Part shown: positions 1 through 13,457 of the stretch, piece by piece
Layout: every line of letters begins with the position of its first letter
Position numbering within the stretch: position 1 is the first letter of the stretch
DNA from: Eledone cirrhosa
Taxonomy: Eukaryota
Assembly (NCBI GenBank): GCA_964016885.1
Contig: OZ024743.1
Coordinates: forward strand, 296,670,001-296,734,000
Direction of reading: 5' to 3'
Length of the DNA stretch: 64,000 bases
Position numbers and translations under genes: made by a program
Notes under the pieces: generated by a model
What the model saw: only the letters and a program-made list of their open reading frames with translations
Database searches by the model: none
What the model was told of the DNA's origin: nothing

Positions 1-536
1 AGCCATTCGTCAACGCCTAGTTTTCTAAGAGCCCACCAGATAATGGAGCGGGGGACTCTGTCGAAGGCTTTCTCCAAGTCGACAAAAGCTAAGTAGAGGG
101 GTTTACCTTTAGCTAGGTACTTCTCCTGTAGTTGTCGTACTATGAAAAGAGCGTCTGTGGTACTTTTGCCTGACACAAACCCGAACTGCATTTCATCTAG
201 GTCAATTCTCTCTCTGATTAGTTGCGCTATTACTCTTTCCGTGACCTTCATGACCTGGTCGATTAATTTAATGCCTCTATAGTTACTCCTATCTAGGGCG
301 TCTCCTTTACCCTTATAACAGTTAACGATGATGCTGCTATGCCAGTCCTTCGGAACAACCCCGTTCTGTACGACTTGGTTAACTATGCGGGTGACCATGG
401 TGTGTCCCACCGTGCCAGATGCCTTCAGCATCTCAGCAACTATTTCCGAAGGCCCAGCCGCCTTACCAGTCTTCATATCCTTGATTGCCTTACTTATTAT
501 ACTCCCCTCGACTAACACTGCTGGTCCCTCTATTGG
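1..536 (-). mobile_element. RTE-clade LINE fragment (RT N-terminal part), runs off the window start
   Basis: Reverse complement aligns by eye with 5671-6210 (YKGKGDALDR.NYRGIKL, AFVDLEKAFDRVP). Confidence 0.92.
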
Positions 537-696
537 GGAGTATGTGGTAATAATTCAATAAAAACAAATGTTCTGCTCTGTTGAATTTAATCATTCCTCT
601 GCACTCTTTTTATATTCTTGATGATGATAATCATCATCATCATTATCACTTTGCACATCCACGTTTCCAAGCTGGCATGGGTTGGATGAGACATTT

Positions 697-960
697 TGAG
701 GTAAGGGTGTTGGACTTATGACCATAACGTTGTGGGTTCAATTCCTAGACTGGGTTTGTGTTGTGTTCTTGAACAAAACACTTCATTTCATGTTGCTTCA
801 GTATACTCAACTGAAAATGAGTACCAGCAATAGCTGGGAGTTTAACCCTGTGATGGACTGGGGGATGTATTGTACTCTCAGTCACTTAACGCCATAAAAA
901 CCCGAATAAGCACCGGCCTGATGAGCCTCCAGGCTTGAGACAGACTATAGACTTAGACTT
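697..960 (+). mobile_element. Third SINE type (tRNA/CORE-like head, ...gataagc.cc..ctgatgagcc...agact tail)
   Basis: Related copies at about 32725-32980, 42708-42915 and 43640-43745. Confidence 0.7.
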
Positions 961-1123
961 TCTTCTCTCAAATGCTTTTTCTGATACCAATCCATACTTT
1001 ATTCAAATATGGTATATATTGTTGATGTTTGTCAAACTGCTACACTGCATGACTTATTTTTTTTTTTTTTATGTGAGATAAACATCAGTTGACACACATA
1101 ACACACATATACACACATATATA

Positions 1124-1335
1124 TACCTTATGTACTCAAATATAAGTTGATTTCCCCCACCCACCCCTATTTTATGTTTGAGAAATGGGCATATATCCAA
1201 ACCCCATTTATAAGCTGAAGCAGCTAATCAACACGTTTATATGCCATATATAAGGCCCCCCCCCCCTTCCCCCATCTCATTTTACCATCAATTTTTCGGT
1301 CACCTATTCCTCGCCTTATATTCGAGTATATGGTA
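1124..1335. mobile_element. Tc1/mariner(pogo)-like MITE
   Basis: TIR of the form taccatatactcgaatataag with TA ends. Further copies at 53968-54137 and 61781-61970. Confidence 0.75.
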
Positions 1336-2496
1336 AGTGGTGAATTGGTAAAGTTATTAGAGCGTTCGATAGACTGTTTGGCAGTATTTGTTCTGACTCT
1401 CTTAAATCCCACTACGGTCAGCTTTTATCCTTTTGGGTCTGATAAAGTACCAGTCCAGAACTTAGATCAATTCTCTCCCTTGCATGTTTTCTATCTCTCT
1501 ATCACTGTTTCTCTGTGTATCTCTCTGGAAGAAATCGTCTGTAATCAGCTTACAGATGCAAAGGTTTCACCAGGTTGAAAAATGCCTAAGAATTGCTCCA
1601 TGTTATGATACCCCACCACCATTTCATCATGTTTTGGGTTCAATGAATTTAAAGTGTGTTTATATATAAAAATATTCCTTGATGATTTTGTGTAAAAACC
1701 TTTAAGTTATGCGCCAAACACCATCTTAATAATGGTTCCTGATTTAGGCACAAGGCCAACAATTTTGGGGTAAGGGGAAAATTGATTAAATCAACCCCTG
1801 TGCATTACTGGTGCTTTATTTTATCAACCCTGTAAGGATGAAAATCAAAGCTAACCATGGCTTGATTTGAACTCAGAACATCAAAGAACGTAACTCTGTG
1901 TTACAAAGCATGGTGTCTGATATTCTATCGATACTGCCAATCCACCATCACACCAGCTTAATAAGGAAAACATTTACTGTATTAGTATATCTCTCAAAAT
2001 TCTAGATTATTTTCAAAATTATTTGAAATCCATAAGCAATGTCTTAGGTAATGTAAAGATTTAAAACATTAAACTGATTTTGTGTTTAACAACATTCTGT
2101 TGAATTTAGTTAATTAATCCTGTAAGGTAGTTGTTTCGGTGCCATAATAAAAAGCACCCACTCTGCACTGTAACGTGGTTGGTGTTCCAGCTGTAGATCC
2201 GTATGAGCAAGATGTGGTCTCTGGACCTGACTTGTCTCATAATGTAACAACCCATCTAACCCATGCAAGCATGGAAAATCCTCATCACCGTTTCACGTCC
2301 ATTTTTCCACACTAGCATGGGTTAGACGAGTTGTCCCATTGTGAGACAAGTCAGATCAGGTGACCATGTCATGCTCATACTCTTTTGATAGAGAAATGGA
2401 TGTTAAATGAGGATGATGAATCGTGATATTTTGTCTCCAATATTTCCCTTCTTTATATTCTGTTCTCTTCATAATTGTTAAAAATCTCTTTAAAAG

Positions 2497-2661
2497 GTGT
2501 GGACCATGTTAAACGTCAATCAGCCCAGTGTCAGCGAGTTTTGCGCAGCATTGAAACTGTTGCTCTCGACTCAACTATACTCACAAGAAGTACATGGGAA
2601 ACTATGTTGAAATTTCTTCTTGCTGCCAATGATAGCCTATTAGCACCACCAGCTGAGAAAG
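2497..2661 (+). CDS. RALGAPB: RALGAPB internal exon (GVDHVKRQ...TWETMLKFLLAANDSLLAPPAEK), phase 1-1
   Basis: AG at 2495-96 and GT at 2662-63 (gtaata). Peptide matches human RALGAPB as recalled ([21 protein letters not shown]). Splices in frame to 33928. Confidence 0.9.
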
Positions 2662-3289
2662 GTAATATATATTTTCATTTTTAAAAATTCTTCATATTTA
2701 CTAGTTGAAGAAACATTACTGAGAAAGAAATATTTCATCATTTGGTATCTAAAATCCAAACATCTATTACTAAAATGTTGTTTTTTTCCCTTTCTAGAAG
2801 TTTTGGTTTTTTTCAAGATGGTAACGTGTGTTTATGGACATGTTCATTATAAATAAGAAATAGATGTCAGAAATATTCTGAAATTTTGAGATATTTTTTT
2901 TCATATTTTATTAAAATTTCCATACTTATTTTCATTTTTTTTTTTTTTTTACTTATTTGGCCAGGTTTTTTAATGTTTTATTTTGTTTATATATATTTTT
3001 TTTTCCATTTTCTTTTACTGGTTTCAGTCATTAGACTGGCCATGCTGGGACACCAACTTGAAGTGAATTTGGTTGATCATATTGATTTCAGTACTTATTT
3101 TTTCAAATCTAGTATATATTTTATCAATTTCTATTTGGCAAACCACTACAGTAAATTTAAGCACAGATATGGACATTCATATATATATGCACACACACAC
3201 ACACACACATGAATGTGCAACAGACTTTCCACACAGTCTCCACCCACCAAATTTCATTCAAAAGGCATTAGTTGACCCAGTCTGCTGGA

Positions 3290-3760
3290 TAACTTAGAGG
3301 CAAAATTTCAAGCATAGAAGAAAAATCTAGATTCAATAAGCCTAAAAGTATAAGGCAGACTATATTATGCCTGTGTGCAAACTGCAATGCTACATGGCAG
3401 CGAGACATGGGCCTTGACTGCAGAAAATCTACAAATGCTAGAAAGAAATGAAGTGAATATGCTCCAATGGATGTTTATTGTTAATGTACATAAACATGAC
3501 AGTATAAGTAAACTGAGTGAAAAACTAGACATAAGAGGAATTTGATGTAGTGTGCAAGTGAGAAGATTGCATTGGAGTGGCCATGTGATATGTATGGAAG
3601 ATGACAGTTTAAAGAAATCCAGAGAAATCTCAGTAGATGGGACTCATGGAAGAGATAGACTGGAGAAGACATGGGATGAAACTGGCCATAAGAAGGTGGA
3701 CCTCATAACAGGTGACAAAGAACCACAAGGATTGGTGAGACACTATACTGGAGAAAACCT
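3290..3760 (+). mobile_element. Old RTE LINE 3' fragment
   Basis: Degenerate LHGSETW and RRLHWSGHV motifs. Confidence 0.75.
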
Positions 3761-5664
3761 GCCCACCAGCATAAAATGTGACCTGATCCTTTCTAAAATT
3801 GCCTCACCCACATTAACTATCCTCACCATCTGAATGCACTTTTTTGCAACATCACTGTATCCCCCCCCCCTTCATCTCCAAGCTCACCTCTCCCTTCCAC
3901 ATTATCTTGTCAATTCCCACCACACCTAACATACATCCATGACATTATACTTGTCATCTCCCTACTCATTGCCCCTTATCCATAGCATACCTCATATTTA
4001 CCCCCCTCTCAGAAGGTAGTGAGGACTCATCAGTTGAGTCAATGACTGGTAACCACCCTAGTGCTGATACAACAATAACATTCTGTAAAGTCATTGGTGT
4101 TAGAAAAAGCTTCCAACTGTAAAAACCATACCACAAAGAGTTGAGGGGACCCTGAAGTCACAACACACCAACTGTAGAAAACTATTCCAGGGCATCCAGC
4201 TGTAGAAAACTGTTCCAAAAAAGGAAGAGATGACTCTTTAGTTGTGTCAAGATCATGACAACCTCTCTAGTGTTGGTTATGTTCATGATTCCAAGTACAC
4301 TGTATAAAGTGGTTGGGGATGGGAAAGACATCAAGCCATAGAAAACTTGAATTGTCAATCTCTCAAAGTACTAGTGCCTTGATAAAATACATTCAGTGCA
4401 CTCTGTAGATTGTGTCAACTTGTGTAAGTGAGAAGCAGGCCCCCAGCTTGTCTGAGAGATCAGTAGCTCTGTGTTAATCCATCCAACCCTTTCTTGATTT
4501 TTGTACATTATTCTATGTACTATACTTACACCTTTGATGAGTTGTAGTGCACCTGAGCACTCTACACAATAATTTCCATTATCATTATTATTTTTATCCA
4601 CACAGACCTAAACATTTGTGCATGTATTAAACTATTTCCTTATAACTATTATTGGTGGTGGACTGGCAAAATCATTAGGACATCAAAGAGAATACTTTGT
4701 AGCATTTGTTTTTAGCTTTTTACAGGCTGAGTTTGAATCTTGTTGTAGTCAACTTTGCCTTTCATCCTTTCAGGGTTGATAAATTAAAGTACCAGTCAAG
4801 TACTGGGGTCAATATAATGTCTAATTTTGAAACAATTATTACTATTATTATTGTTGAATGGAAAAATCAGTAGAATATCAGACAAAATATCATATGATAT
4901 TTAGTTGCAGTGAAAGAATTGGCATTTAGTGAGGGATAAATCTTACACAACAGTAGTTTAGTTTAAAATGTCAGATTTTTTTTCTTTTTCTTTTTTTGGG
5001 TCATCCCTTCATTGAAAGTGAAGCATCTTGCTTTTTCTAATGGCTAGAATGTATGTGACTTGCCATACCTGCATACACACATATTTCTTCGCTGACTGGA
5101 GCAGTTGTGCCAACCCATTGTCGGATTAATAGACGATCATCTGCGAAGCCACTGGTGTTCACAAGGTCATCTAATTAAACTAATGGTCACTGCATGAACT
5201 ACTGCCTACTATGAGACAAGCAGAGTTTTATCACAGCTTGGCCCTCTAGATCTGACCTCTTCTGAAAGGAATTAGACTAGAATTATGTTATTTCTGTAAC
5301 ACAGTAGCATAATAGTTTCATATATGGCAGTGGTTCCCATACTTATTTTGTCATGGAACCATTATACAATAATCTAAAAACCTTAGAACCAATATTTTAT
5401 GGGTAATCCCCATCCACCCTAATTTTAAATGAAACAAAAATTATTTTAGTGAGAGAATTTATTCATATTAATAAAAAAAAATATAACATTTTTATCAAAT
5501 TTAATTAAAACACACCTTATCTCAAAGGACTCCAGAATTGTTTTGTAGAAGCCACTATAAAAAACATGGATATTTTTAATCATATATAATAATATGACTT
5601 ATTTTGTGTAATTTCTGTTTGGCATGGTAATTAATATATATATGAATAAGAATATTATATATAT

Positions 5665-7740
5665 ATCGATCCAATAGAGGGACAAGCAGTGCAAGTTGAC
5701 GGTAGTATAATAAGTAAGGCAATCAAAGATATGAAGACGGGCAAGGCGGCTGGGCCTTCGGAAATAGTTGCTGAAATGCTGAAAGCATCTGAAATGGTGG
5801 GACACACTATGGTCACCCGGATAGTAAACCAAGTCATACAGAATGGGGTCGTACCGAAGGACTGGCGTAGCAGCATCATCATTAACTGCTACAAGGGTAA
5901 AGGAGATGCCCTAGATAGGGGAAACTATAGAGGCATTAAATTAATTGACCAGGTCATGAAGGTCACAGAAAAAGTAATAGCACAACTAATCAGAGAGCGA
6001 ATTGATCTGGATGAAATGTAGTTCGGGTTTGTGTCAGGTAAAAGTACCACAGACGCTCTTTTCATTGTACAACAACTACAGGAGAAGTACCTGGCTAAAA
6101 GTAAACCCCTATACTTAGCTTTCGTCGACTTGGAGAAAGCCTTTGACAGAGTCCCACGCCCCATTATCTGGTGGGCTCTCAGAAAACTAGGTGTTGATGA
6201 ATGGCTTGTGAGAGCTATACAAGCCATGTATAAAGAAACAGTCAGCAAGGTTAGAATTAACAACGAATATAGTGAAGAGTTTAGCGTAAAAGTTGGTGTT
6301 CATCAGGGCTCCGTCCTTAGCCGCCTACTATTTATTATTGCCCTTCAGGCTATAACAGAGGAGTTCAAGACTGGCTGCCCATGGGCACTCCTATACGCTG
6401 ATGATCTAACGCTTATAGCTGAATCAATGGCTGAACTAGAGAAGAAATTCCAAACATGGAAGCATGGCCTAGAATCAAAAGGCCTTAAAATTAACCTGTC
6501 TAAGACTAAAGTTCTAGTATGTAGGAAGGAAAATAGGGCACCGGTCCCATCTGGGAATTGGCCATGCTCAGTGTGTAGGAAAGGAGTAGGTAGATACTGC
6601 ATTTTATGTCCCAAATGCAAAGTATGGGTGCATAAAAGATGTAGTGGGATCACAGGTAAGCTAACTAAGAATATAGATTTTATATGTGGCCGGTGCTCAG
6701 GTGTAATAAGTAGCAGCAAGTGCCCACAAAATACTAGCCCATTCCATTGCACAGATGGTTCTATAGAAATAGTGGACACCTTCTGTTACCTGGGTGACAA
6801 AATCAGCAGTGGTGGAGGGTGCTCTGAAAGTACAGTAGCTAGAGTCAGAACGGGATGGAAAACGTTCAGAGAGCTTATACCACTATTGGCCGCTAAAGGT
6901 TTCTCTCTAAAATTGAAAGGCAGGCTGTATGATGCCTGCATACGAACAGCAAGGTTACATGGCAGTGAGACTTGGGCATTGTGTGCAGAGGATATACGCA
7001 GACTAGAGAGGAACGAAGCTTGCATGCTCCACTGGATATGTAATAGTAATATACGTGAACGGCAAAGCATAAATGAACTAAGTGAGAAATTAGGAATAAG
7101 AGGGATCAGATGCTGTTTACTCGAGAGAAGACTACGTTGGTATGGTCACGTGATGCGCATGAAAGACGACAGCTGTATAAAAAAAGTGCAGGGCGATCAA
7201 AATAGACGGTAGCCACGGAGTAGCCAGACTCAGAAAAACCTGGGACGACTTGATAAATTCCGACCTCACACACTTACACCTCTCCAAGACAATGTCACTG
7301 GACCGAGATCTTTGGCGCTACGCAGTAATACAGAAGACCCGCCTTGCCTAAGTGCAAAGCGAAACCTACAGTCAGTAGGCACCTCTTACCAAAATACACC
7401 CCCCGTCCCACTACCCCCACCCCATCACACCACCCCATTTCGATGTTAAGTTATGTTGGTACCACAACATCAAGTCCTAAATAAATGAGGTCGTGTAGGT
7501 GTCACAACAAAAAAACACACAGTCCACGCTGTAATGTGGCAGTGTAGGTAACACGGTAAAAACCTCCCAGTCCACACTGTAAATGTGGTTGGTGTTAGGA
7601 AGGGCATCCAGCTGTAGCGTAGAAAACCCACCAGACAGTCCTATACGAGCAAAACAACCAATCTTGCCTCAAGTGGGAAAATTACCGTCCAAACCCATGC
7701 TAGCGTGGAAGATGGACGTTAAACGACGATGATGATGATA
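5665..7740 (+). mobile_element. 5'-truncated RTE LINE (RT plus PHD finger), with 3'UTR and (GAT)n tail, flanked by (TA)n
   Basis: ORFs 5689-6021 and 6031-7212 contain VHQGSVLS, YADD, LHGSETW and RRLRWYGHV. Premature stop at 6019-21 and a late frameshift. Confidence 0.95.
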
Positions 7741-7805
7741 TATATACAAGTATCAAGTACTCTGGTGGGTTATGGTCCACCTGGTTTTTTACCACACTCT
7801 ATCTG

Positions 7806-7806
<1 letters not shown>

Positions 7807-7876
<70 letters not shown>
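7807..7876. repeat. (CA)n microsatellite
   Basis: About 35 uninterrupted CA units. Confidence 0.97.
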
Positions 7877-7879
<3 letters not shown>

Positions 7880-8066
7880 GTGTGTGTGTGTATATAATTT
7901 TTTTTCAATTTTCAGGGAAATTCATATTTTCTGACATGTTTAGATATCTACATATTAAAATATATATTTATATATACATTGGCGCAGTCTCAATTACCCA
8001 CTCTGTATATAAACTGTTATTGCTTTATTGAACACTTCGAAAGCTTAGTGCACTTCTTAATGTATG

Positions 8067-8106
<40 letters not shown>

Positions 8107-8109
<3 letters not shown>

Positions 8110-9352
8110 TCATTTTTACGTCCGTTTTTACGCACTTGCATGGGTTGGGTGGGTTTTTCTTAACACAGCATCTCTCCAATCGTCGTGTTTCTTCATCATC
8201 TCCTTTCAAGTCTTAGCAATTTGTGCTCAGCTCTCAAAACCTTTGCCCAGGTCTTTGTTGGTCTACCTTTATCACAGCTTCCTTCCACTGGCTTTTCCTG
8301 GCACTTCTTCATCCATCTATCATTGTCCATACCAACGCTGTGTTCTCTCCTGTGCACCATCTTGGATTCCTCATAAAACCCACCTTCTCCCTCAACTCGT
8401 TCAAGCTCTGTCTTTCTCGCACACTTACATTGCACACTCAATGGAACATGGTTGCTTCAATTCTCTCCAGTCTATACATGTCCTCTGCAGTCACTGCCCA
8501 TGTTTCCCTACCATGCAGCATCACATTTCACACACAGATGTCATACAGTCGTCCTTCTGTACATTACGAGAAACTTTTTGAGGTCAACAGTGGGAGTAGC
8601 TCACTAAACTTTTAATATCCTTTCCTTATTCTAGCAATTATGCTCTCAGAGCACTCTCTTCTGTTGCTAATTATATCTCCTAGATATCAGAAGCTATCAA
8701 CCACTTCTATGGGTCCTTTCTGTGACTGGAATAGGTTTACATCACTGACTTTCTTCCCTCAGGCACCCCTGTGCATCTTCTACAAACAAAGTCTTCCCTT
8801 TCTTTTAGTCTACCTGTTATCCCACTAAATCTCTTGTGTGCCTGACAGGATAAAGGTCTTGTCTTCCCTACACACTAGTACTTTAGTTTGGGTTATGTTT
8901 ACTCTCAGATATTTTGATTCCAAATTCTGTTTCCATAGTCAGAACTTATTTTCTAGTTCTTTTATGGATTTGGCTATAAGTACCAAATCATCTGCATAGA
9001 TTAATTCCCGTGGACAGCCAGTTTCAAACTCCTCTGTTATGGCCTAGAGAATTATAATAAACAGCAGTGAACTAAGAACCGAACCTTGATGAACTCCTAC
9101 CTGTACTTTGAGTTCCTCACTAAACTCCCGTCCTACTCTCACTTTACTGACAACTCCTCTGTACGTGGTTTGCACTGCTCTCACAAGCCATTCTTCTACA
9201 CCCAATTTCCTTAAGGACCATAAGAAAATAGATCAATGTTCTCTGTCAAAGGCCTTTTCTGAATCAACAAAAGTTAAATATAGCGCCTTGTTTTTGGTTA
9301 GGAACTTCACTTGTAGTTGCCTTACTAGTAAGAGGACACCTGTAGAACTTTT
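8107..9352 (-). mobile_element. Degenerate RTE LINE
   Basis: (CAT)n tail at the left end and antisense RT motifs (catctgcatag = YAD). Confidence 0.88.
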
Positions 9353-9380
9353 ATATATACAAAACACACACATGCACACA

Positions 9381-9734
9381 TTATTATAAATAATTTCTGA
9401 ACACTGTTGCTTGTTTAGGTTTTGAAACCTTAGCTTGAGTAGGCTTTGAAACCTTAGCTTGAGTAGGCTTTGAAACCTTATCTTGAGTAGGCTTTGAAAC
9501 CTTAGCTTGAGTAGGCTTTGAAACCTTAGCTTGAGTAGGTTTTGAAACCTTAGCTTGAGTAGGTTTTGAAACCTTAGCTTGAGTAGGCTTTGAAACCTTA
9601 GCTTGAGTAGGCTTTGAAACCTTAGCTTGAGTAGGTTTTGAAACCTTAGCTTGAGTAGGCTTTGAAACCTTAGCTTGAGTAGGCTTTGAAACCTTAGGTA
9701 GCAAGCAACAATGTTGAGAAATTATTTGTAATAA
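9381..9734. repeat. 24-bp minisatellite (about 12 copies, 9410-9697) enclosed by 33-bp inverted repeats
   Basis: Unit tgagtaggctttgaaaccttagct. Inverted repeats at 9381-9413 and 9702-9734 have 3 mismatches. Confidence 0.95.
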
Positions 9735-10580
9735 TATATTTTGGCTGTGTACTTAACATAGAGTGCTCTTTTTCCTTTATCTATTCTAGGGAAACCTTTG
9801 ACACTATATATATATATAAACCAGTACACATTTACATACAGTGTTTTGTTCTGCTTAGATTACTATACTACTTACTTTCAAAATTTATAGTGTTTTGATC
9901 TTTTGAGAAATTACTCGTTTTTTTTAATATTTAAATTAAATTTTACTTTATTTTCATGCTGCAGAAATAAATTGTATTGGTTGTTGTTTTATACCCTTGT
10001 TGGAATGTCGAATGTTTTTTACGTAACATTAATCGTTTTTTTATTTTATTTTTTTTATATCTTTATATCAATCCCTTTATTAAATTTAAAATGAACCTTC
10101 AAAACATATTTTCAAATTTCACATTCCATTTAAATAATGAGATCTATGTATCTTCAACCCGAAAAATTGCATACATACATGTATATACACACAGCAAGAC
10201 TCATGTCAGAGGTTTGTCTTTCAGTTAATATTTTCTTTTATTCTGTTGAAAGAAAGAAATATAAATACATTTTACATATATATATAGATATATATATTGA
10301 TTAAAGATTAAATAGTCTCTAATATCCAAACATCTCAATGAAAGAAATCTCTCAGAGAAGCAATATTATATATTAAAATTAAATGAGAAAAAAAACTGTA
10401 ATTCCGGGAGTAGAAATATTTTTCTATCTAACTTCACTTATATATAGATCTATTTTTAAGTGAAGTTCGATAGAAAAATGTTTTTGTCTATTTTGTTTAT
10501 ACTCCCAGAGTTTTTTCTCATTTAATTTTAATATATAATATATATATATACTCACACAAACATGCATATATATATTTATA

Positions 10581-12799
10581 TCATCATCATCGTTTTCAAG
10601 TCCGTTTTTCCACACTTGCATGGGTTGAATAGATCTTTCTCAGTCTACCTCTACTGTGGCTTCCTTCCACTAACATTTCCTGACACTTCTTCACCCAACG
10701 ATCATTGTCCATGTGCATCACATGTCCATACCAACACAGTCTTCTCTCCTGCTTACCACGTTTGATTCGACTTTTCCTTCAACCCGTCCAAGGTCTGTCT
10801 TTCTCGCACATTTCATTGCACATTCAACGGAGCATGGTTGCTTCATTTCTTTTCAGTCTACTTATGTCCTCTGCAGTCACAGCCCATGTTTCACTACAAT
10901 CCAGCATCACACTTCATATAGGTGTCATACAGTCATTATTTTGTATATTGGAAGAAACCTTTTGTTGTCAAAAGTGGGAGTAGCTCACTAAAACTTTTAA
11001 CACCCTATCCTTATTCTAGCTATTATGCTCTAATAGCACCCTTATCCACTGTTGATTAAATCACCTAGATAGCAGAAGCTATCAACCACTTCTATGCGTC
11101 TTTCTAGTGACTGGAATAGGTTTACATCTCTGACTCTCTTCCTCTCCCCCTGTGCATCTTTTACTTCAAATTCTTCCTTTCCTGTTAGTCTACCTGTTAT
11201 CCCACTACATCTCTTGTGTACCCAAGATTTACATACATTGTATACATCGAATGGAGTTAATGCCTGCTCCCTTTCTACATATTGAGCAGAGCCACTTCCC
11301 TGAAGGAATCAGGGCCCTATCTTCTCTCCTACTCACTAGCACTTTGGTTTTGGCTAAGTTTACTCTAAGACTTCTTGATTCCAAATTCTGTTTCCATAGT
11401 CAAAACTTATTTTCTAGTTCTTTAATGGATTTGGCTATAAGGACCAGATCATCTGCATAGAGAAGTTCCCATGAGCAGCTGGTCTTAAACTCCTATGTTT
11501 TAGCCTGAAGAACTATAGTGAATAGTAGTGGGCTAAGAATTGAACCCTGATGAACTATTTGTACCTTGAATTCCTCACTAAACTCACTTTCTACTCTCAC
11601 TTACAGAGCTTGCACTGCTCTTATCAACCCTTCTTCTACACCTAATTTCCTTAAGAACCATCAGATAATAGATCAAAGTACTCTATCAAAGGCCTTTTCT
11701 AGATCAATGAAAGCTAGGTATTGTCACTTATTTTTGGCTAGGAACTGCTCTTGTAGTTGCCTCACTAAAAAGTGGGCATCTGGAGGACTTTTCCCAGGCT
11801 TGAAAGCAAACTGCATCTCGTCTAATTTGACTCTTTCTCTAATTTGTTGTGCTATAACTCTTTCTATCACTTTCATAACTTGGTCCATTTGTTTTATTCC
11901 TCTGCAGTTGCTCCTTTGTAGAGCATCACCTTTGCCCTTGTAGCAATTCATAATTGTACTGCTGCACCAGTCATTAGATATGATACCGTCCTGTATTACC
12001 TGATTGACTATGCAGCTTACTAGCTTGACTAGTGCTTTTAGCATCTCAACAGTAATCTCCGATGGTCTCGCAACTTTATCATTTTACATCACTTAGATTA
12101 CTTCTTTAACCCTATAACTATCAACTTCAATGGCTGGTCCTTCTGGTGGGTAGGTTGGGGGTAGTTCTCTTCATCTCATTTATTCTCTACATTCATCAGT
12201 CTCTCATAGTAACATTTCTAGGCCTCTTTCTTTTTGGCATCAGTGGTGCTTAGTGCGCCAGTGTCATTTCTAACTTACTTTTCCCCAACAACATCTCAAT
12301 TTATACTAACAGACTGCTTGCAGTGTGGAACATTTCATGTCTCTGGTCCTCACATCTCAAGACATTGGTAAACTTTCTTTTTTCAGCCTCTTTTCAAGCT
12401 GTGTATACTTGTTGTGTAGCTTCTCTCTTAGCCACCTGGTACTGGTCTCTGTTACCCCCTTTTTCCCAGCCTTTCCATGCTTGTCTCTTGGCTTTAATGG
12501 CTCTATCCACTGAGCTTTTCCACCACCAGGTCACCCTCTGTCTGGCTGGTGCTCTACTTCAGCCACAAGTCTCATCAGCAATTTACGAAAGGTTGTCACA
12601 CAAGCATTTCTAGTTGTCCTCTACATCATAACTATCTAGCTCTTCACTTATTTCATCAAATGCATCCAACAGGGCCTTTCTAATCTTATATTTAACCAAA
12701 AGGTCCTTTAGCTTTCAAACCCCCCGTCTCCATATTTTTCTGCGTATCTTTTCCTGTCTTGTGCTTATTTTGATGTCACTAATAACTAACTTGTGTTGA
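10581..12799 (-). mobile_element. Degenerate RTE LINE, 2.2 kb
   Basis: (CAT)n tail. ORF 11724-12044 reads YKGKGDALQRSNCRGIK...LDEMQFAF. Confidence 0.9.
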
Positions 12800-12806
12800 G
12801 CAGTGC

Positions 12807-12847
<41 letters not shown>

Positions 12848-13369
12848 ACAATCTATGTCATACTCAACAACACAACACACTGCCTGGTTCAGAAAACTCA
12901 CAACCTGATGATTGCAAGCCATACACACACAACACACAGATATATAAGTATATATTTGGTTTGTTTAGAGTAGCAATTTACTAACTTTCATGACACTTTA
13001 TTGTTTTACTAATAATCTCCAGGTGTGTTGTGACATTTTAGTGTTTCGCCAACCATCTTTAGGTGTGTCACAAAATTAAGGCAAATCTGATCAAATTTTT
13101 TTAAATAAATATTTAACTTTCAAAATATATATATAATTGAAATCTGATAACACTGTCTACTGTTAAACATATGATAGGTGACAGGTAATATGGCATTTAA
13201 TTGTTTATATATCAATTGTGTTAATTTCTTGTTTCTAACAAAATATAATTAATGTCTGATTAAAAATATAATTTAACAAAAATGTGACATAAATATAAAC
13301 ATTTTGGAAACCTCTGGTTTTGAACATTAAAGCATTACTTCAAAACTACACATACACACTCACACCTAG

Positions 13370-13439
<70 letters not shown>

Positions 13440-13457
13440 GTATGTATAAATATTCTT

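Noticed and set aside
918-950. CTGATGA-gcct cc aggc hairpin resembling a hammerhead (also 32948)
   Set aside because: Part of a SINE tail. It is followed by ttGAGAC rather than GAAA and has no stem I or III.
5689-7212. Active or domesticated reverse transcriptase gene
   Set aside because: 5'-truncated with no endonuclease, an in-frame stop and a frameshift. The other copies are also disrupted.
9384-9704. 106-aa KVSKPTQA-repeat ORF, or a CRISPR-like array
   Set aside because: A head-to-tail 24-bp minisatellite with no unique spacers, in a eukaryotic intron. The ORF is a by-product.
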